Below, in pieces: positions 49,261 through 58,867 of a stretch of 64,000 nt of DNA. A program made the position numbers and the translations under genes. Below the pieces are notes generated by a model, which worked only from the letters and a program-made list of their open reading frames with translations, did no database searches and had not been told where the DNA came from. The DNA comes from Sulfolobales archaeon (GTDB lineage: Archaea; Thermoproteota; Thermoprotei_A; Sulfolobales; NBVN01), in NCBI GenBank assembly GCA_026413885.1, contig JAOAKA010000001.1, forward strand, positions 114,762 to 178,761, read 5' to 3'. Each line of letters starts with the position of its first letter. The first letter of the stretch is position 1.

Positions 49261-50592
49261 TTAGCGTGTTTTAGTAGCTCGAATTTTCTCTAGGTCAAGT
49301 ACAACTCTCTCCAGAGTCTTATGTGGTGATAGTGCTACTACGTGAATACCCGACTTCTTCAGTAGCTCTACGTTTCTGATCTCTCTGCTAAGTAGGTTAA
49401 ATCTCAGAGCTCTGTATATTGCGTCGCTTACTCTACTAGCAGTGCTGAAGAAGGTTACTATAGGTGTGGCTACTATAACTCTAACTCCACTTTCTCTCGC
49501 TAGCGTATTTAGCTCGAGTATTTCAGAGATTCTCTGAGTACTGAAAATCGGTGTGAAAATTACGACTGCTGAAACTTCTTTAAGAGGTATGTGTAAAGAT
49601 CTCAAGCTCGTAACTCTAGAAGGTTCTTCTCTTAGAACTGGTGTGCGGTGAGGCCACCTGATATTCGAAACGATATCGAGAAGTTCTGCGAGGTCGCTGT
49701 AGCTACTGATTTCACCACTACGCTTAATCCCATCTTCTGAGATAACTGCGAGTACTAGTCTATCTCCACGCTTTACGAGGTAGTTTGAGAGAGCTAGTGC
49801 TAAGTCTGAGCTGTGTTCAAATAAAGACTTCGGATTACCGATGAACATGTATCTATGTGTGTCGAGAACCATGAATACTCTTATAGGGGTCTCTACTTCG
49901 AAAACCTTAACGTGTAGCTTACTCAATCTAGCGGTTGCTTTCCAATCTACATACCGAAGTTCGTCTTCAGGTCTGTACTCTCTCGTACTGTGGTACTCAA
50001 CTCCAACACCTGGACTGAGAGTTCTAGCTCCAGATGAAGATCTAACTATTCCGTACCACCTAGCTATAGGTGCTGAACTAATTTTCGGCGGGATCTTCAA
50101 AACTATGGAGTCCAGGTAGAATACTTGAACCTCGAAAACTCCAAGTAGGTCTGTAATTACTACTCTAAGAGGACCCAGAACGTGGAGTCCGGTACGTCTC
50201 GATAGCGGAACGCGAATAACGGCTTGCTCTCTACCTACACTAATCTCTAGTGACGTGACCGAGGAAGTTTCTAGGCGTGAAAGCTGAGGTGGTATCCCTA
50301 GGTAGAGCTTTGCTCTAACGAGAGTAGTCTCAGTAGAGACGGCTAGGTATATGTTGACTACTACGTCTTCATCTTTAAGCTCTAGCTCAGTCTTTTCTAC
50401 TCTACATCGAGTGCTTCGAGAAACGTATTTGAGTGTGGAGTAACTGACTGTGATATATACCGAGAAACAAACTACGAAGTAAAGCGCTATCCCGATAGCA
50501 CTTAGAGCAACTAGTAAAGTGAATATAGTAGTCGTCACCGCAAATAGAGCAGGAAATCTACGTGTCTTCACTACTTCACTAGGTTTAAGCAA
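49261..50592 (-). CDS. DUF58-family protein with two N-terminal TM helices
   Basis: STREYRPEDELRYVDWKATARLSKLHVKVFEVE is the DUF58 signature; 443 aa. Confidence 0.75.
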   Translation of the reverse strand: MLKPSEVVKTRRFPALFAVTTTIFTLLVALSAIGIALYFVVCFSVYITVSYSTLKYVSRSTRCRVEKTELELKDEDVVVNIYLAVSTETTLVRAKLYLGIPPQLSRLETSSVTSLEISVGREQAVIRVPLSRRTGLHVLGPLRVVITDLLGVFEVQVFYLDSIVLKIPPKISSAPIARWYGIVRSSSGARTLSPGVGVEYHSTREYRPEDELRYVDWKATARLSKLHVKVFEVETPIRVFMVLDTHRYMFIGNPKSLFEHSSDLALALSNYLVKRGDRLVLAVISEDGIKRSGEISSYSDLAELLDIVSNIRWPHRTPVLREEPSRVTSLRSLHIPLKEVSAVVIFTPIFSTQRISEILELNTLARESGVRVIVATPIVTFFSTASRVSDAIYRALRFNLLSREIRNVELLKKSGIHVVALSPHKTLERVVLDLEKIRATKTR

Positions 50593-51877
50593 CTTCCTCC
50601 CTCAGAAAGCTTTTTTCAAGAACTTCAAGCAATTTCTCAGAGTGTCTTAGTGCTGAATTAATCATGAATCTCCATACAGGTATGTATCTAAGGAACTCCT
50701 GGTTCAAGATGATATTCGAAAACTCTATAAATCTAGCCAACTTCCTAGAGCTCTCGAAGTCGTAGCCGGCTTTCTCTAGGCAGCGAATTAGTTCACTATA
50801 TATGAGAGATTCACAACCTAGTAGAGAAATTACGTCAATTATTGCGCTGTATAGCTTCTTAAAATCTTCTCTACTCTTCCAGGTAGGGTTTCTTATTGCC
50901 TCAGCTATCTCTACCCCCCTACCTAATTTTGCGGATAGTGCGGTCATAGCTAGAAGAACAAGCGTAAAAATAGTTTCTTCTTCGAGACCCTCTAGAAGTC
51001 TGACTTCAAAGAATTCTTCTACAGACTTTAAGCGGTGTGCCACATCGTTTAGGAGTAGAAAGAGTCTTGCGTTCTTACTCTCTGTGTAGAGTTTCAAGAA
51101 GAGGTTTCTGTTTGATACGTACTTTCCTGCTTCTACAAGCACTACACAGTCTACTCCACAGTGCTCCCTTATTGCTAGTACTACATATTTAGATAGCTCT
51201 TTGTAGGCACCACCTAGCTGTTGTACTTGGTTGGTGAGTAAAGAACCATCTCCCAGAATTAAGACTGCTAGACTACCTACACGCTCTAGACACCCCACAG
51301 GCTTTAGCTTAACTTCTGTAGCTAGGAGCTCATAAGACTCCACCACACCAACTACATTACTGCAGTTATGTACTTCAGACGCCTTATCTAGTCTTAAAGC
51401 TAGCTCTCTATCGCCAATGTGGAATACCGCTCTAGGGTAGAGATCATAATATTCGTCCAGCAATCTATTTCCGTAGACCTCAGCTCTAAGTCCTAAGTTC
51501 TTGAGAATAGTGTTCGAAGTAGTTGTTTCATCAGCTACTACAAGTATTCCTCCAGAGTTTGCTAGTAACTCAGCTATTGCGTTAGCTTCGCGGTCTGTGT
51601 AGCTGTACTCGGGTGACACTATCAAGATACAGATTCTCTCTCTAAATCTCTGCGTGCCTACGTAACTCCAGTTAGAGATATAGACTACACGCATTCCGTA
51701 ATCTCTAAGCATCTCTATAAACATCGATGTTCCAAATTGTCCTGGATTTATTGGTGATGAACCTGGTGAATAAGGTGTCGGTATGTCTACATATTCTAAG
51801 ATAGCAGCTATAGCTACTGTAAATATGAATATCGCGAGAGCTGGGACCACTAAGATTTTAAAAACTACTGCCGGCAT
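50585..51877 (-). CDS. Membrane-anchored protein, DUF4350-like
   Basis: An N-terminal TM helix, then ILIVSPEYSYTDREANAIAELLANSGGILVVADE, and a second hydrophobic segment near residue 300. It overlaps the DUF58 gene by 8 nt. The family call is tentative. Confidence 0.4.
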   Translation of the reverse strand: MPAVVFKILVVPALAIFIFTVAIAAILEYVDIPTPYSPGSSPINPGQFGTSMFIEMLRDYGMRVVYISNWSYVGTQRFRERICILIVSPEYSYTDREANAIAELLANSGGILVVADETTTSNTILKNLGLRAEVYGNRLLDEYYDLYPRAVFHIGDRELALRLDKASEVHNCSNVVGVVESYELLATEVKLKPVGCLERVGSLAVLILGDGSLLTNQVQQLGGAYKELSKYVVLAIREHCGVDCVVLVEAGKYVSNRNLFLKLYTESKNARLFLLLNDVAHRLKSVEEFFEVRLLEGLEEETIFTLVLLAMTALSAKLGRGVEIAEAIRNPTWKSREDFKKLYSAIIDVISLLGCESLIYSELIRCLEKAGYDFESSRKLARFIEFSNIILNQEFLRYIPVWRFMINSALRHSEKLLEVLEKSFLREEVA

Positions 51878-52059
51878 TTCTCTCTGCCGATTACTAAGCT
51901 GATTAGGCGAATACCTGCTGAGAGCAGTGCTAAGCCAGATGTTAGAGCTATTATTGAAGTAGCTACCAAAGCGTAGAGCATAAAGACTACGGAGAGTATG
52001 AGAAGAGATATCGCTGAAGCTATTACAATTATGGCTAGTGTTCTGAGACTATCTGGCAC
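51865..52059 (-). CDS. Small membrane protein with two TM helices
   Basis: 64 aa, almost entirely hydrophobic. It overlaps both neighbouring genes, which suggests operon coupling. Confidence 0.45.
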   Translation of the reverse strand: MPDSLRTLAIIVIASAISLLILSVVFMLYALVATSIIALTSGLALLSAGIRLISLVIGREKCRQ

Positions 52060-52616
52060 TATACAACACCTAGCTCTTTTATCAATACCTCGATAAGTGA
52101 GACTAACTCGACTAATTCAGTAAAAGACTTGCTGACTTCTTCATGTCTGATGTATGCTATTAGAGTGAGTATTATTACACCGACGTAGCTGAGAACTACG
52201 ATGGAAACTCTTCTCACCCCAGAAAATACTGCTAACATAAGTAATGAAGTAGTAAGCGTAAGTAGAACTGAAGGTAGGTTCAGAAAGCTGCTGTGTACTT
52301 CAGTAATAGCTCTCGAGATAGGGTAGATTAAAGTGAGGAGAGCTAGTGTAAATATAAGTAGGTATAGGTCTTCAATAAGCGACGGCTTCAGTAACTCAAC
52401 TTGATCGCAGATCGATATAGTGATATTCTTGGCTGTATAGTAGGTGTAGAGAGCTATAGCTAAGCTTAAGATAGTGCTACCTAGGACGTTATCTAGGAGA
52501 AACTTGAAGAGAGCAACACCTCTTAAAGCACCGAGGTATACGTAGCCGAATAAAAACGAAACCACGGCTACCGAGGTGAGAACAACCAACGTATTTCTCC
52601 TAAATGACTTAACCAA
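52059..52616 (-). CDS. Polytopic membrane protein (4-5 TM helices), first gene of the DUF58 operon
   Basis: 185 aa. Its size and topology are compatible with the SpoIIM/DUF95-type proteins seen in comparable clusters. That comparison is an unverified guess. Confidence 0.45.
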   Translation of the reverse strand: MVKSFRRNTLVVLTSVAVVSFLFGYVYLGALRGVALFKFLLDNVLGSTILSLAIALYTYYTAKNITISICDQVELLKPSLIEDLYLLIFTLALLTLIYPISRAITEVHSSFLNLPSVLLTLTTSLLMLAVFSGVRRVSIVVLSYVGVIILTLIAYIRHEEVSKSFTELVELVSLIEVLIKELGVV

Positions 52617-52867
52617 CCTTTACTACCAAAGTGTTCTACTTTAAACCTATATTTTACTGCTTCTTACTCCAGCAGCATTCACGATAGACTATATGATTGA
52701 GTGCTACCCTAGACTACACTATGTTACTCCAGCTTTCTCTCTATCTATACAAGATGTCGAGAATACTTTCATAAGCTTTCACAATATTTTCACTGATCCC
52801 CCTCCGAGTAGCACAGATACCTGAAAACCCATATAGTGACTCAACTTGGGATTCATGGTGTGGTGGG

Positions 52868-53035
52868 GTGCGTATTGTAACCTTCAAACTTGACGAGGAG
52901 ACTTTACTAAAGCTCAATAGAGTAGCTGATGAACTCGGTATATCTAGGTCTGAAGTTATTAGAGCAGCTATTTCCTCCTATATAAATAAGAAGCTCGAAA
53001 GAAATGTGAGAGTTAAGAGAGTATTACTTAAATAA
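52868..53035 (+). CDS. Ribbon-helix-helix (CopG/Arc-like) small DNA-binding protein; not in the ORF track
   Basis: My translation from the GTG: MRIVTFKLDEETLLKLNRVADELGISRSEVIRAAISSYINKKLERNVRVKRVLLK*. This is a typical RHH beta-strand plus two-helix pattern. GGTG repeats lie just upstream. Confidence 0.55.
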   Translation: MRIVTFKLDEETLLKLNRVADELGISRSEVIRAAISSYINKKLERNVRVKRVLLK

Positions 53036-53138
53036 GCATATTTTTGAGAGAAATCTCCGAGAAGTATTAAAAGTTTTTCTTATGCTAAAACGTATTTAGT
53101 AAATTTATGTTTAACTATGTAATACAGTAGAAACTATA

Positions 53139-53396
53139 TTGGTGAAACTAATGCCCGTTATTTACAAATGTAGTTCCTGTAGCTATATTCTATATGAATT
53201 TCTTAAGGTAGGACAGGATTCTTATGGACTACCTACACCATCCGAATTAATAGCTAAAATAGGCGATCATTGCCCTAACTGTGGGAAAAAGCTGAAGCTA
53301 CCTACGCTTGAGAATATTAAGATTACTCCTTATAGAGTAAAAAAGTCTCTAACTTTAAGTTCAATCTACAATTCTAGAAACTATTCTAGGATATAG
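53139..53396 (+). CDS. Small zinc-ribbon protein (85 aa)
   Basis: CSSC...(32 aa)...CPNCG; lies in an AT-rich intergenic stretch. Confidence 0.45.
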   Translation: MVKLMPVIYKCSSCSYILYEFLKVGQDSYGLPTPSELIAKIGDHCPNCGKKLKLPTLENIKITPYRVKKSLTLSSIYNSRNYSRI

Positions 53397-53700
53397 TAAA
53401 ATATATTCTGTCTATAGACTTCGCGGCTATTCCATCAACGATCTTACTGAGTAGCTCTCGCTCAAGGTATGCCACCTCACTGAGTGTGAGCTTACATAAG
53501 GCTTCCACTGGTCGACTCTCTATACTCTAGATATAGAGCTCTCCACTGCTGTGTCCTTAGAGGGCAGGCTGCTTACTGGTGCTGTTACTTTGCTTAACTT
53601 ATTTAACGCTTACTCTCCGTTGAGTTTTGAAGCTGGTTTAGAAACCATTGCTAAACCTACTTTAAAATTACTCTTTAGTGTAGGTTATTGGGGTTGAGAA

Positions 53701-53985
53701 TTGAGTGGACCTAATATAGGTAAGGACCAAGTGAATGAGATGAAGCTGAATCAAGTAGTAGCTATGTTAAACAGAATCATAGTAGACTCTGGTGTTCCTA
53801 GAAACATAAGGAGAGCCGCGTTTGAAGCATTAAAAATGCTTAATGATAGATCTCTATCACCTGGTGTAAGAGCTGCTAATGCTGTAAGTATTCTAGATGA
53901 AATAAGTCAAGACCCTAATATGCCTTCTTACGCTAGAACAACGATATGGAATATAATCGCTATTCTCTCTAGTATTAAAGACTGA
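53701..53985 (+). CDS. UPF0147-family protein (conserved in archaea)
   Basis: DSGVPRNIRRAAFEALKMLND...PGVRAANAVSILDEISQDPNMPSYARTTIWNI. Confidence 0.75.
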   Translation: MSGPNIGKDQVNEMKLNQVVAMLNRIIVDSGVPRNIRRAAFEALKMLNDRSLSPGVRAANAVSILDEISQDPNMPSYARTTIWNIIAILSSIKD

Positions 53986-54000
53986 ACTGAGGGTAGAGTA

Positions 54001-55416
54001 TTGAACATCAAGGTTAGAGTGCGTGGCATATACTCTACCGCTATATCTAAGATACTCCATGATAGAGGTTTCGAATTGGTAGATGTTAGTGATATTGTTA
54101 CAGCTAGACTCGGAATACCAGAAAATAGGGGGCTTCCAGCAGATGTCACAGTAAAAACAGATAACGATGACGCATCAAAAATTCTCGTAATAGGACACGC
54201 AGATCACTCAGAAACTGTTACTTACACACTCTTAGAGAGTGTTCCAGCAGTAATCTCCTATATTCCAGTAGTAGGTCTATACGCCACTATGGTTGTCTCA
54301 GTTAGGGGCTTAAGAGACGGTAGGTGTTTTGTTGAAACACCTTACGGACTAGCTGAATTAATCGAGTACCGAGACTGTAGAGAAGGTATGTTAATACCTG
54401 CATCCGTTCTTAAGGTACCGATACACCCAGGAGACCAAGCGATCTTAGTGCCGGGTGTGAGAGTAGTAGGTGATTTCGCTGTTGTCTGGAAAGGATCTAG
54501 AGTTCTATTTAGTCCTCACCTGAAGAACAAGAATAGAATCTCCGAGTTACTCTCTATTTCATCTCGATACGTAAGAAAGGGGATCGGTATTAAGTGGAGA
54601 AGTAATGCTGATGAAGCAAACCTAGAAGCAGTAGCAGCAGAACTTCAAAAACTTGTGAATCAACTCGACTCTATTGAGGGAAAAGTCGGTAGTCTCAAGG
54701 AGGTTTCCACCATCACTAAGGGTGAGAAGATAGTAGCCATATATCTAACCTACGACGCTAAGATATACTTAGATAGTGTAAGAAGAACTGTTACACCAAC
54801 AGCGGATTACCACCACATGATAAAGACTTCTAAAGGATTATACCGAGATATGGCTGAAATATTGGATGAAATTTCAGCATATGTCGATAGAGAAGTCTTA
54901 AGAAAGACGATAAGGAGGTATATAGCTAGAACAACTAAAGAAATTGGAGAACTAGTAATAAACCATAAGAAACTCGATGGTAGAAACATAAGGCTAGGCA
55001 CAGCAAATATAGCGGAATTCTACTACGATAGTGAATTTAAATTGATACTTGAGAGAAGAGTCAAAAACAGCGGTATGTATGACGGCATTAGAGTTAAGAA
55101 AGAAGTTGGAGACATTATTAAGACAGTAGTATTCGAGGGGGCTTCTTACATCGTTCACAACTACTTTAGCAGTAGTGGTGAGTTTAAGGGGGTATATGTA
55201 AATATCAACACTAAACCTGAGATAGTAGTGCCTAATGCTGTAGAGTATGTAGATCTAGCTATAGATATAGCTAGAGCTCGAAGTCAGCCTTGTGAATTAC
55301 TAGACCAGGAAGAGCTTAGGTCTTATATGATGAGTCGGTCTATAGCATTAAGTCAGGAGACATACGAATACATTATTAAGGGAATTGATACTGTTCTGAA
55401 CGAGTTTTGCTTATAA
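54001..55416 (+). CDS. fau-1: FAU-1 / archaeal RNase E-like RNA-binding protein (C-terminal DUF402)
   Basis: N-terminus KVRVRGIYSTAISKILHDRGFELV and C-terminus GVYVNINTKPE...VEYVDLAIDI; 471 aa. Confidence 0.7.
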   Translation: MNIKVRVRGIYSTAISKILHDRGFELVDVSDIVTARLGIPENRGLPADVTVKTDNDDASKILVIGHADHSETVTYTLLESVPAVISYIPVVGLYATMVVSVRGLRDGRCFVETPYGLAELIEYRDCREGMLIPASVLKVPIHPGDQAILVPGVRVVGDFAVVWKGSRVLFSPHLKNKNRISELLSISSRYVRKGIGIKWRSNADEANLEAVAAELQKLVNQLDSIEGKVGSLKEVSTITKGEKIVAIYLTYDAKIYLDSVRRTVTPTADYHHMIKTSKGLYRDMAEILDEISAYVDREVLRKTIRRYIARTTKEIGELVINHKKLDGRNIRLGTANIAEFYYDSEFKLILERRVKNSGMYDGIRVKKEVGDIIKTVVFEGASYIVHNYFSSSGEFKGVYVNINTKPEIVVPNAVEYVDLAIDIARARSQPCELLDQEELRSYMMSRSIALSQETYEYIIKGIDTVLNEFCL

Positions 55417-56409
55417 AGCACATTCTCTTAAATCTAATTTCAACTTTTCTTCTATTAAGTCAACTATCTTCTCGAGTATTTCCGACGGCTTTAGTGAGGC
55501 ATCGACTAAAGTCATTTCGCCTCTCGCAACCATATCTAGATATATTTTACGAGCCTTCCTAAGTCTCTCCAGGTCTTCGAAGTATGTGAGAACCCTGGCA
55601 CTATTCCCAGCTTTTCTCTTAAGTCCTTCTTCTGGGTCTATATCTAGATATATCCCAATGTCTGGTTCTGGAAGGTACTTCTGCACCTCTCTAAGCCAAT
55701 CAACTGAGAGACCTACTGCTCCCTGGTAAGCTACTGTTGAGTATTTATACCTATCTAGAATCACTACACTTCCAGCTTTTAACTCCTCTCTAACTACCCA
55801 GTTAAAGTGGGAGTACCTATCGGCAACCATTAGTAGTGCTTCAGCTTCGGGAGTTAGCTTCATAGTTCTAGACTCAAATATCGCTCTTATAGAGTTATAG
55901 TAGGGTTCGTAGGTATATATCGCTCTAAAACCGCATTTCTTCAGTATCTCGAATAAGTATTTCGCTATCGTCGTCTTACCCGCGCCGTCTATTCCTTCAA
56001 TGGCTACTAGAATTCCACGAGGTCTAAGTCTACTATCTTCAATACAGACATATCTAACACCTTCGCTATAAAGTTTCTCTAGGGGGGAGAGTTCACCTAC
56101 TCTAAATAGTGGAACACTGGATATGACTGCCGATGTTACTGAGTTTACATCGATTTGTTCTACAATTAGTGCTCTAGGCGCTAAACCCTTCTTCACAAGT
56201 GAGTATAGTACGTAAGGTCCTACGGTACTACCTGTAAAGCCTTTAGCAGCCACGATCTTACTGCTTACTCTACCTCCACTTCTTAATCGACCCGTTGAAG
56301 TATCTATATCTCCAAGTGGAGATAGAAGCCTATTGTAGACAAGAAGCTCACCACATATCTTTAGTTCACTACCAGTACTATTAACTACATAGAGATCTAT
56401 TTCACTCAC
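55411..56409 (-). CDS. Fusion of the aconitase-X small (swivel, DUF126) domain with thymidylate kinase
   Basis: Residues about 1-125 are DUF126-like (SKIVAAKGFTGSTVGPYVLYSLVKKGLAPRALIV). Residues about 135-332 are dTMP kinase (LVAIEGIDGAGKTTIAKYL, DRYKYSTVAYQGA). It is one uninterrupted frame. Confidence 0.75.
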   Translation of the reverse strand: MSEIDLYVVNSTGSELKICGELLVYNRLLSPLGDIDTSTGRLRSGGRVSSKIVAAKGFTGSTVGPYVLYSLVKKGLAPRALIVEQIDVNSVTSAVISSVPLFRVGELSPLEKLYSEGVRYVCIEDSRLRPRGILVAIEGIDGAGKTTIAKYLFEILKKCGFRAIYTYEPYYNSIRAIFESRTMKLTPEAEALLMVADRYSHFNWVVREELKAGSVVILDRYKYSTVAYQGAVGLSVDWLREVQKYLPEPDIGIYLDIDPEEGLKRKAGNSARVLTYFEDLERLRKARKIYLDMVARGEMTLVDASLKPSEILEKIVDLIEEKLKLDLRECAL

Positions 56410-57571
56410 TACTTGTCACCATTTTTAGAAGAGCATCTCTCTTGACGAGATATGCTTTAACACCAGCTAACTTAGGTAGATAAACTAGTGCTTTAGCCGA
56501 ATCAGTTATCACACAATCCACCCCCAGCAAGTCTAGTCTGGTAATTACAGCGCAACTCCCAGGTAAAATCTTAAGACTTCTTACATACTCTATGTCTAGA
56601 TGTCGAGAGACACTTTCTCCTACAGTTATCCAGAACTCTCCTCTCTTAACACTTCCAACCTTAGATAATACGTAACTTAACTCGTCGAGAGATAGGTGAG
56701 GACAGCCAACTAAATATAGTGGAGAACTACAGCTGCCGATATCTGAGTACGCCTTCGATATCTCTGACCTACTAAACACAATTTTTTCTGCTCTCGATGT
56801 ATCTACTCTACTGTAGTTAGGTGTCACTCCTTCGAGAATAGCTAGGTATGTTGGAGAATAGGTAGCGAAAGCTGCTAGAAACTCTTTGAGAAAGTACTCT
56901 GGGTAGTTAGATAGTCCACGAACTACCGGCACAGACTCTCCGACAAATTCTCCAGCTAGTAGTCCGTATGCTCCAGCTTCAGACGGGTCCTCCGGCTTCT
57001 CTACTTCAACTACGAATTCTACTTCTGCTGGCACACCTCTATGTGCTTCTCCGAAGTAGGTCCTACCACATATTCCTGATAGAAGAGCTATCGGCCCGGT
57101 CTCTCTATTTGTTGCGGCACCTAGCACACTGTTGGCATAGAGAACAGCACTACTTTCAGCCCAAGCTAGGTGTTCTCCAACAGATGGCTTTCTCACATAG
57201 TAGGGGGTGCAGGTAAAGCTTCTGGCGCCCATCTTCCTTAAAGTATCGACTATCTTTAGCTGCTTCACATATATCTCTTCCTTAAAGCTTGTATCACCGT
57301 AATTTACTAGAGCTGAGTAGGGATTTGCTGTCGTAAACACAGAAAACCTAGCTCCAATTTTCTGAAGATCTTCAATAAACTCTAATCCGAAGTCTCCGAT
57401 ATTGAAGTATGAGACTCCAGATACGTGTGCGTGACTTATCTCTATAAGTCTATCGGCTCCCAGAGCTTCCCCAACTCTCACTAAGACCTCTACAGCTTTA
57501 GCAACAGCTCCCCCAAGCTCTCCAGATAGCATTCTTTCTTCTTCTCTGCTTAGATACATGGAGAGGCGCAC
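56402..57571 (-). CDS. Aconitase-X large (catalytic, DUF521) subunit; candidate phosphomevalonate dehydratase large subunit
   Basis: MYLSREEERMLSGELGGAVAKAVEVLVRVGEALGADRLIEISHAHVSG; 389 aa. It overlaps the DUF126 fusion gene by 8 nt. Confidence 0.75.
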   Translation of the reverse strand: MRLSMYLSREEERMLSGELGGAVAKAVEVLVRVGEALGADRLIEISHAHVSGVSYFNIGDFGLEFIEDLQKIGARFSVFTTANPYSALVNYGDTSFKEEIYVKQLKIVDTLRKMGARSFTCTPYYVRKPSVGEHLAWAESSAVLYANSVLGAATNRETGPIALLSGICGRTYFGEAHRGVPAEVEFVVEVEKPEDPSEAGAYGLLAGEFVGESVPVVRGLSNYPEYFLKEFLAAFATYSPTYLAILEGVTPNYSRVDTSRAEKIVFSRSEISKAYSDIGSCSSPLYLVGCPHLSLDELSYVLSKVGSVKRGEFWITVGESVSRHLDIEYVRSLKILPGSCAVITRLDLLGVDCVITDSAKALVYLPKLAGVKAYLVKRDALLKMVTSSE

Positions 57572-57574
57572 CAG

Positions 57575-58867
57575 CTAGATCTCCAGTTTCTTAAACATCT
57601 CGCGCCGAGTAAGAGGTGCTGTAGCATCTATACCTATCTTATCTGTTAAACCATCTTCAGAGCTTGGGTCTAGAGTAGACCCTCTAGCATTTCTCACCAC
57701 TACCAGTCCTCTACCTGCTTGAAGTCTAGTAGCTATCGCCCACTCAACTTCTTCGAGATTATCTGGGTCTATATCTTCATCAACAACTACAACATGTTTT
57801 AAACTTGGGTGAGCAGCAAAAGCCGCCATTATAGCAGTCTTACCCTCACCTTCAACTTCTTTCGAGATCGATATTATTGCGTGAAGCCACATACCTCCTC
57901 CTCTCGTAAGTCTGACCTTTCTAACTTTGGGTACTGCTCTTCTGATAGATTCCCAGATAGCTGCTTCTCTAGGGAATCCCATGAGTATGAGGTGGTCTCC
58001 ACCACCTGGAAGTATTACGTGAAAGTACTCCCGGTTTTTAGATATGTATATGCGGTCAACTACAACTACAGGTTGCTCGCGTACTCTATCTGGGAGTACG
58101 AATATATCTACAAACGGTCCTTCCTTAGCTAGGTTTCTAGTAATTCTACCTTCAATCACTATAGATGCGTAAGCAGGGACCGGAATTCCGTAAATAGGTG
58201 TGTAGACAACCTCGAGAGGGTGTCCACCTAGATGCTCCACCAATTCCAATTCAAACACTCCGTAAGGTGGTGACATCGCTGATGCCAGTTCAACGAGTGG
58301 GTGTGCTCCAATAACTATTGCTACTTCAGTGTCTTTACCGGCTTTCATATTTAATTCGTGTATCCTATATAGGTGTCTAGGAACAATTCTTATAGCCATG
58401 CTGTGTTCATCTAATACCATGAGCCTGTGTATAGATGCGTTGAAGGAGTCTACATCTGGTGTTCTCGCAATAACTATAGATGACGTTATATACCTGCCTC
58501 CATCGATGCTGTAGAACTTTATAGCTGGAATAGAAGTTAAAGATCTATTGAAAATCTCGAAGTACTCACTAAACCTTAACTCACGAAAACCTGCACTACT
58601 TTTCCTGCTGATAGCGTTCGAGAGCTTAGTGTAAGCTTCTTCATCACAACTAGCTTTAAGTAGCTCGTAGAGCTTCTTCCTAGTGTTTATAATACCACTA
58701 GCACACTCTATCTCCGAGCTGCTGACTCTAAATAGAACTGTCGACTCAGATCGATCAGCTTTCTTCATATACTTCGTCGGCTCTAAGTCTGGACCCAGAA
58801 TATTCTCGATCTTCTCTACACACCCTTTACTGGCTTGTTCTTCCACCACTCTCCTCAGAGAATACAC
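57575..58867 (-). CDS. UbiD-family decarboxylase; candidate anhydromevalonate-phosphate decarboxylase
   Basis: RLTRGGGMWLHAIISI...LKHVVVVDEDIDPDNLEEVEWAIATR; 430 aa; adjacent to the AcnX pair. Confidence 0.75.
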   Translation of the reverse strand: MYSLRRVVEEQASKGCVEKIENILGPDLEPTKYMKKADRSESTVLFRVSSSEIECASGIINTRKKLYELLKASCDEEAYTKLSNAISRKSSAGFRELRFSEYFEIFNRSLTSIPAIKFYSIDGGRYITSSIVIARTPDVDSFNASIHRLMVLDEHSMAIRIVPRHLYRIHELNMKAGKDTEVAIVIGAHPLVELASAMSPPYGVFELELVEHLGGHPLEVVYTPIYGIPVPAYASIVIEGRITRNLAKEGPFVDIFVLPDRVREQPVVVVDRIYISKNREYFHVILPGGGDHLILMGFPREAAIWESIRRAVPKVRKVRLTRGGGMWLHAIISISKEVEGEGKTAIMAAFAAHPSLKHVVVVDEDIDPDNLEEVEWAIATRLQAGRGLVVVRNARGSTLDPSSEDGLTDKIGIDATAPLTRREMFKKLEI

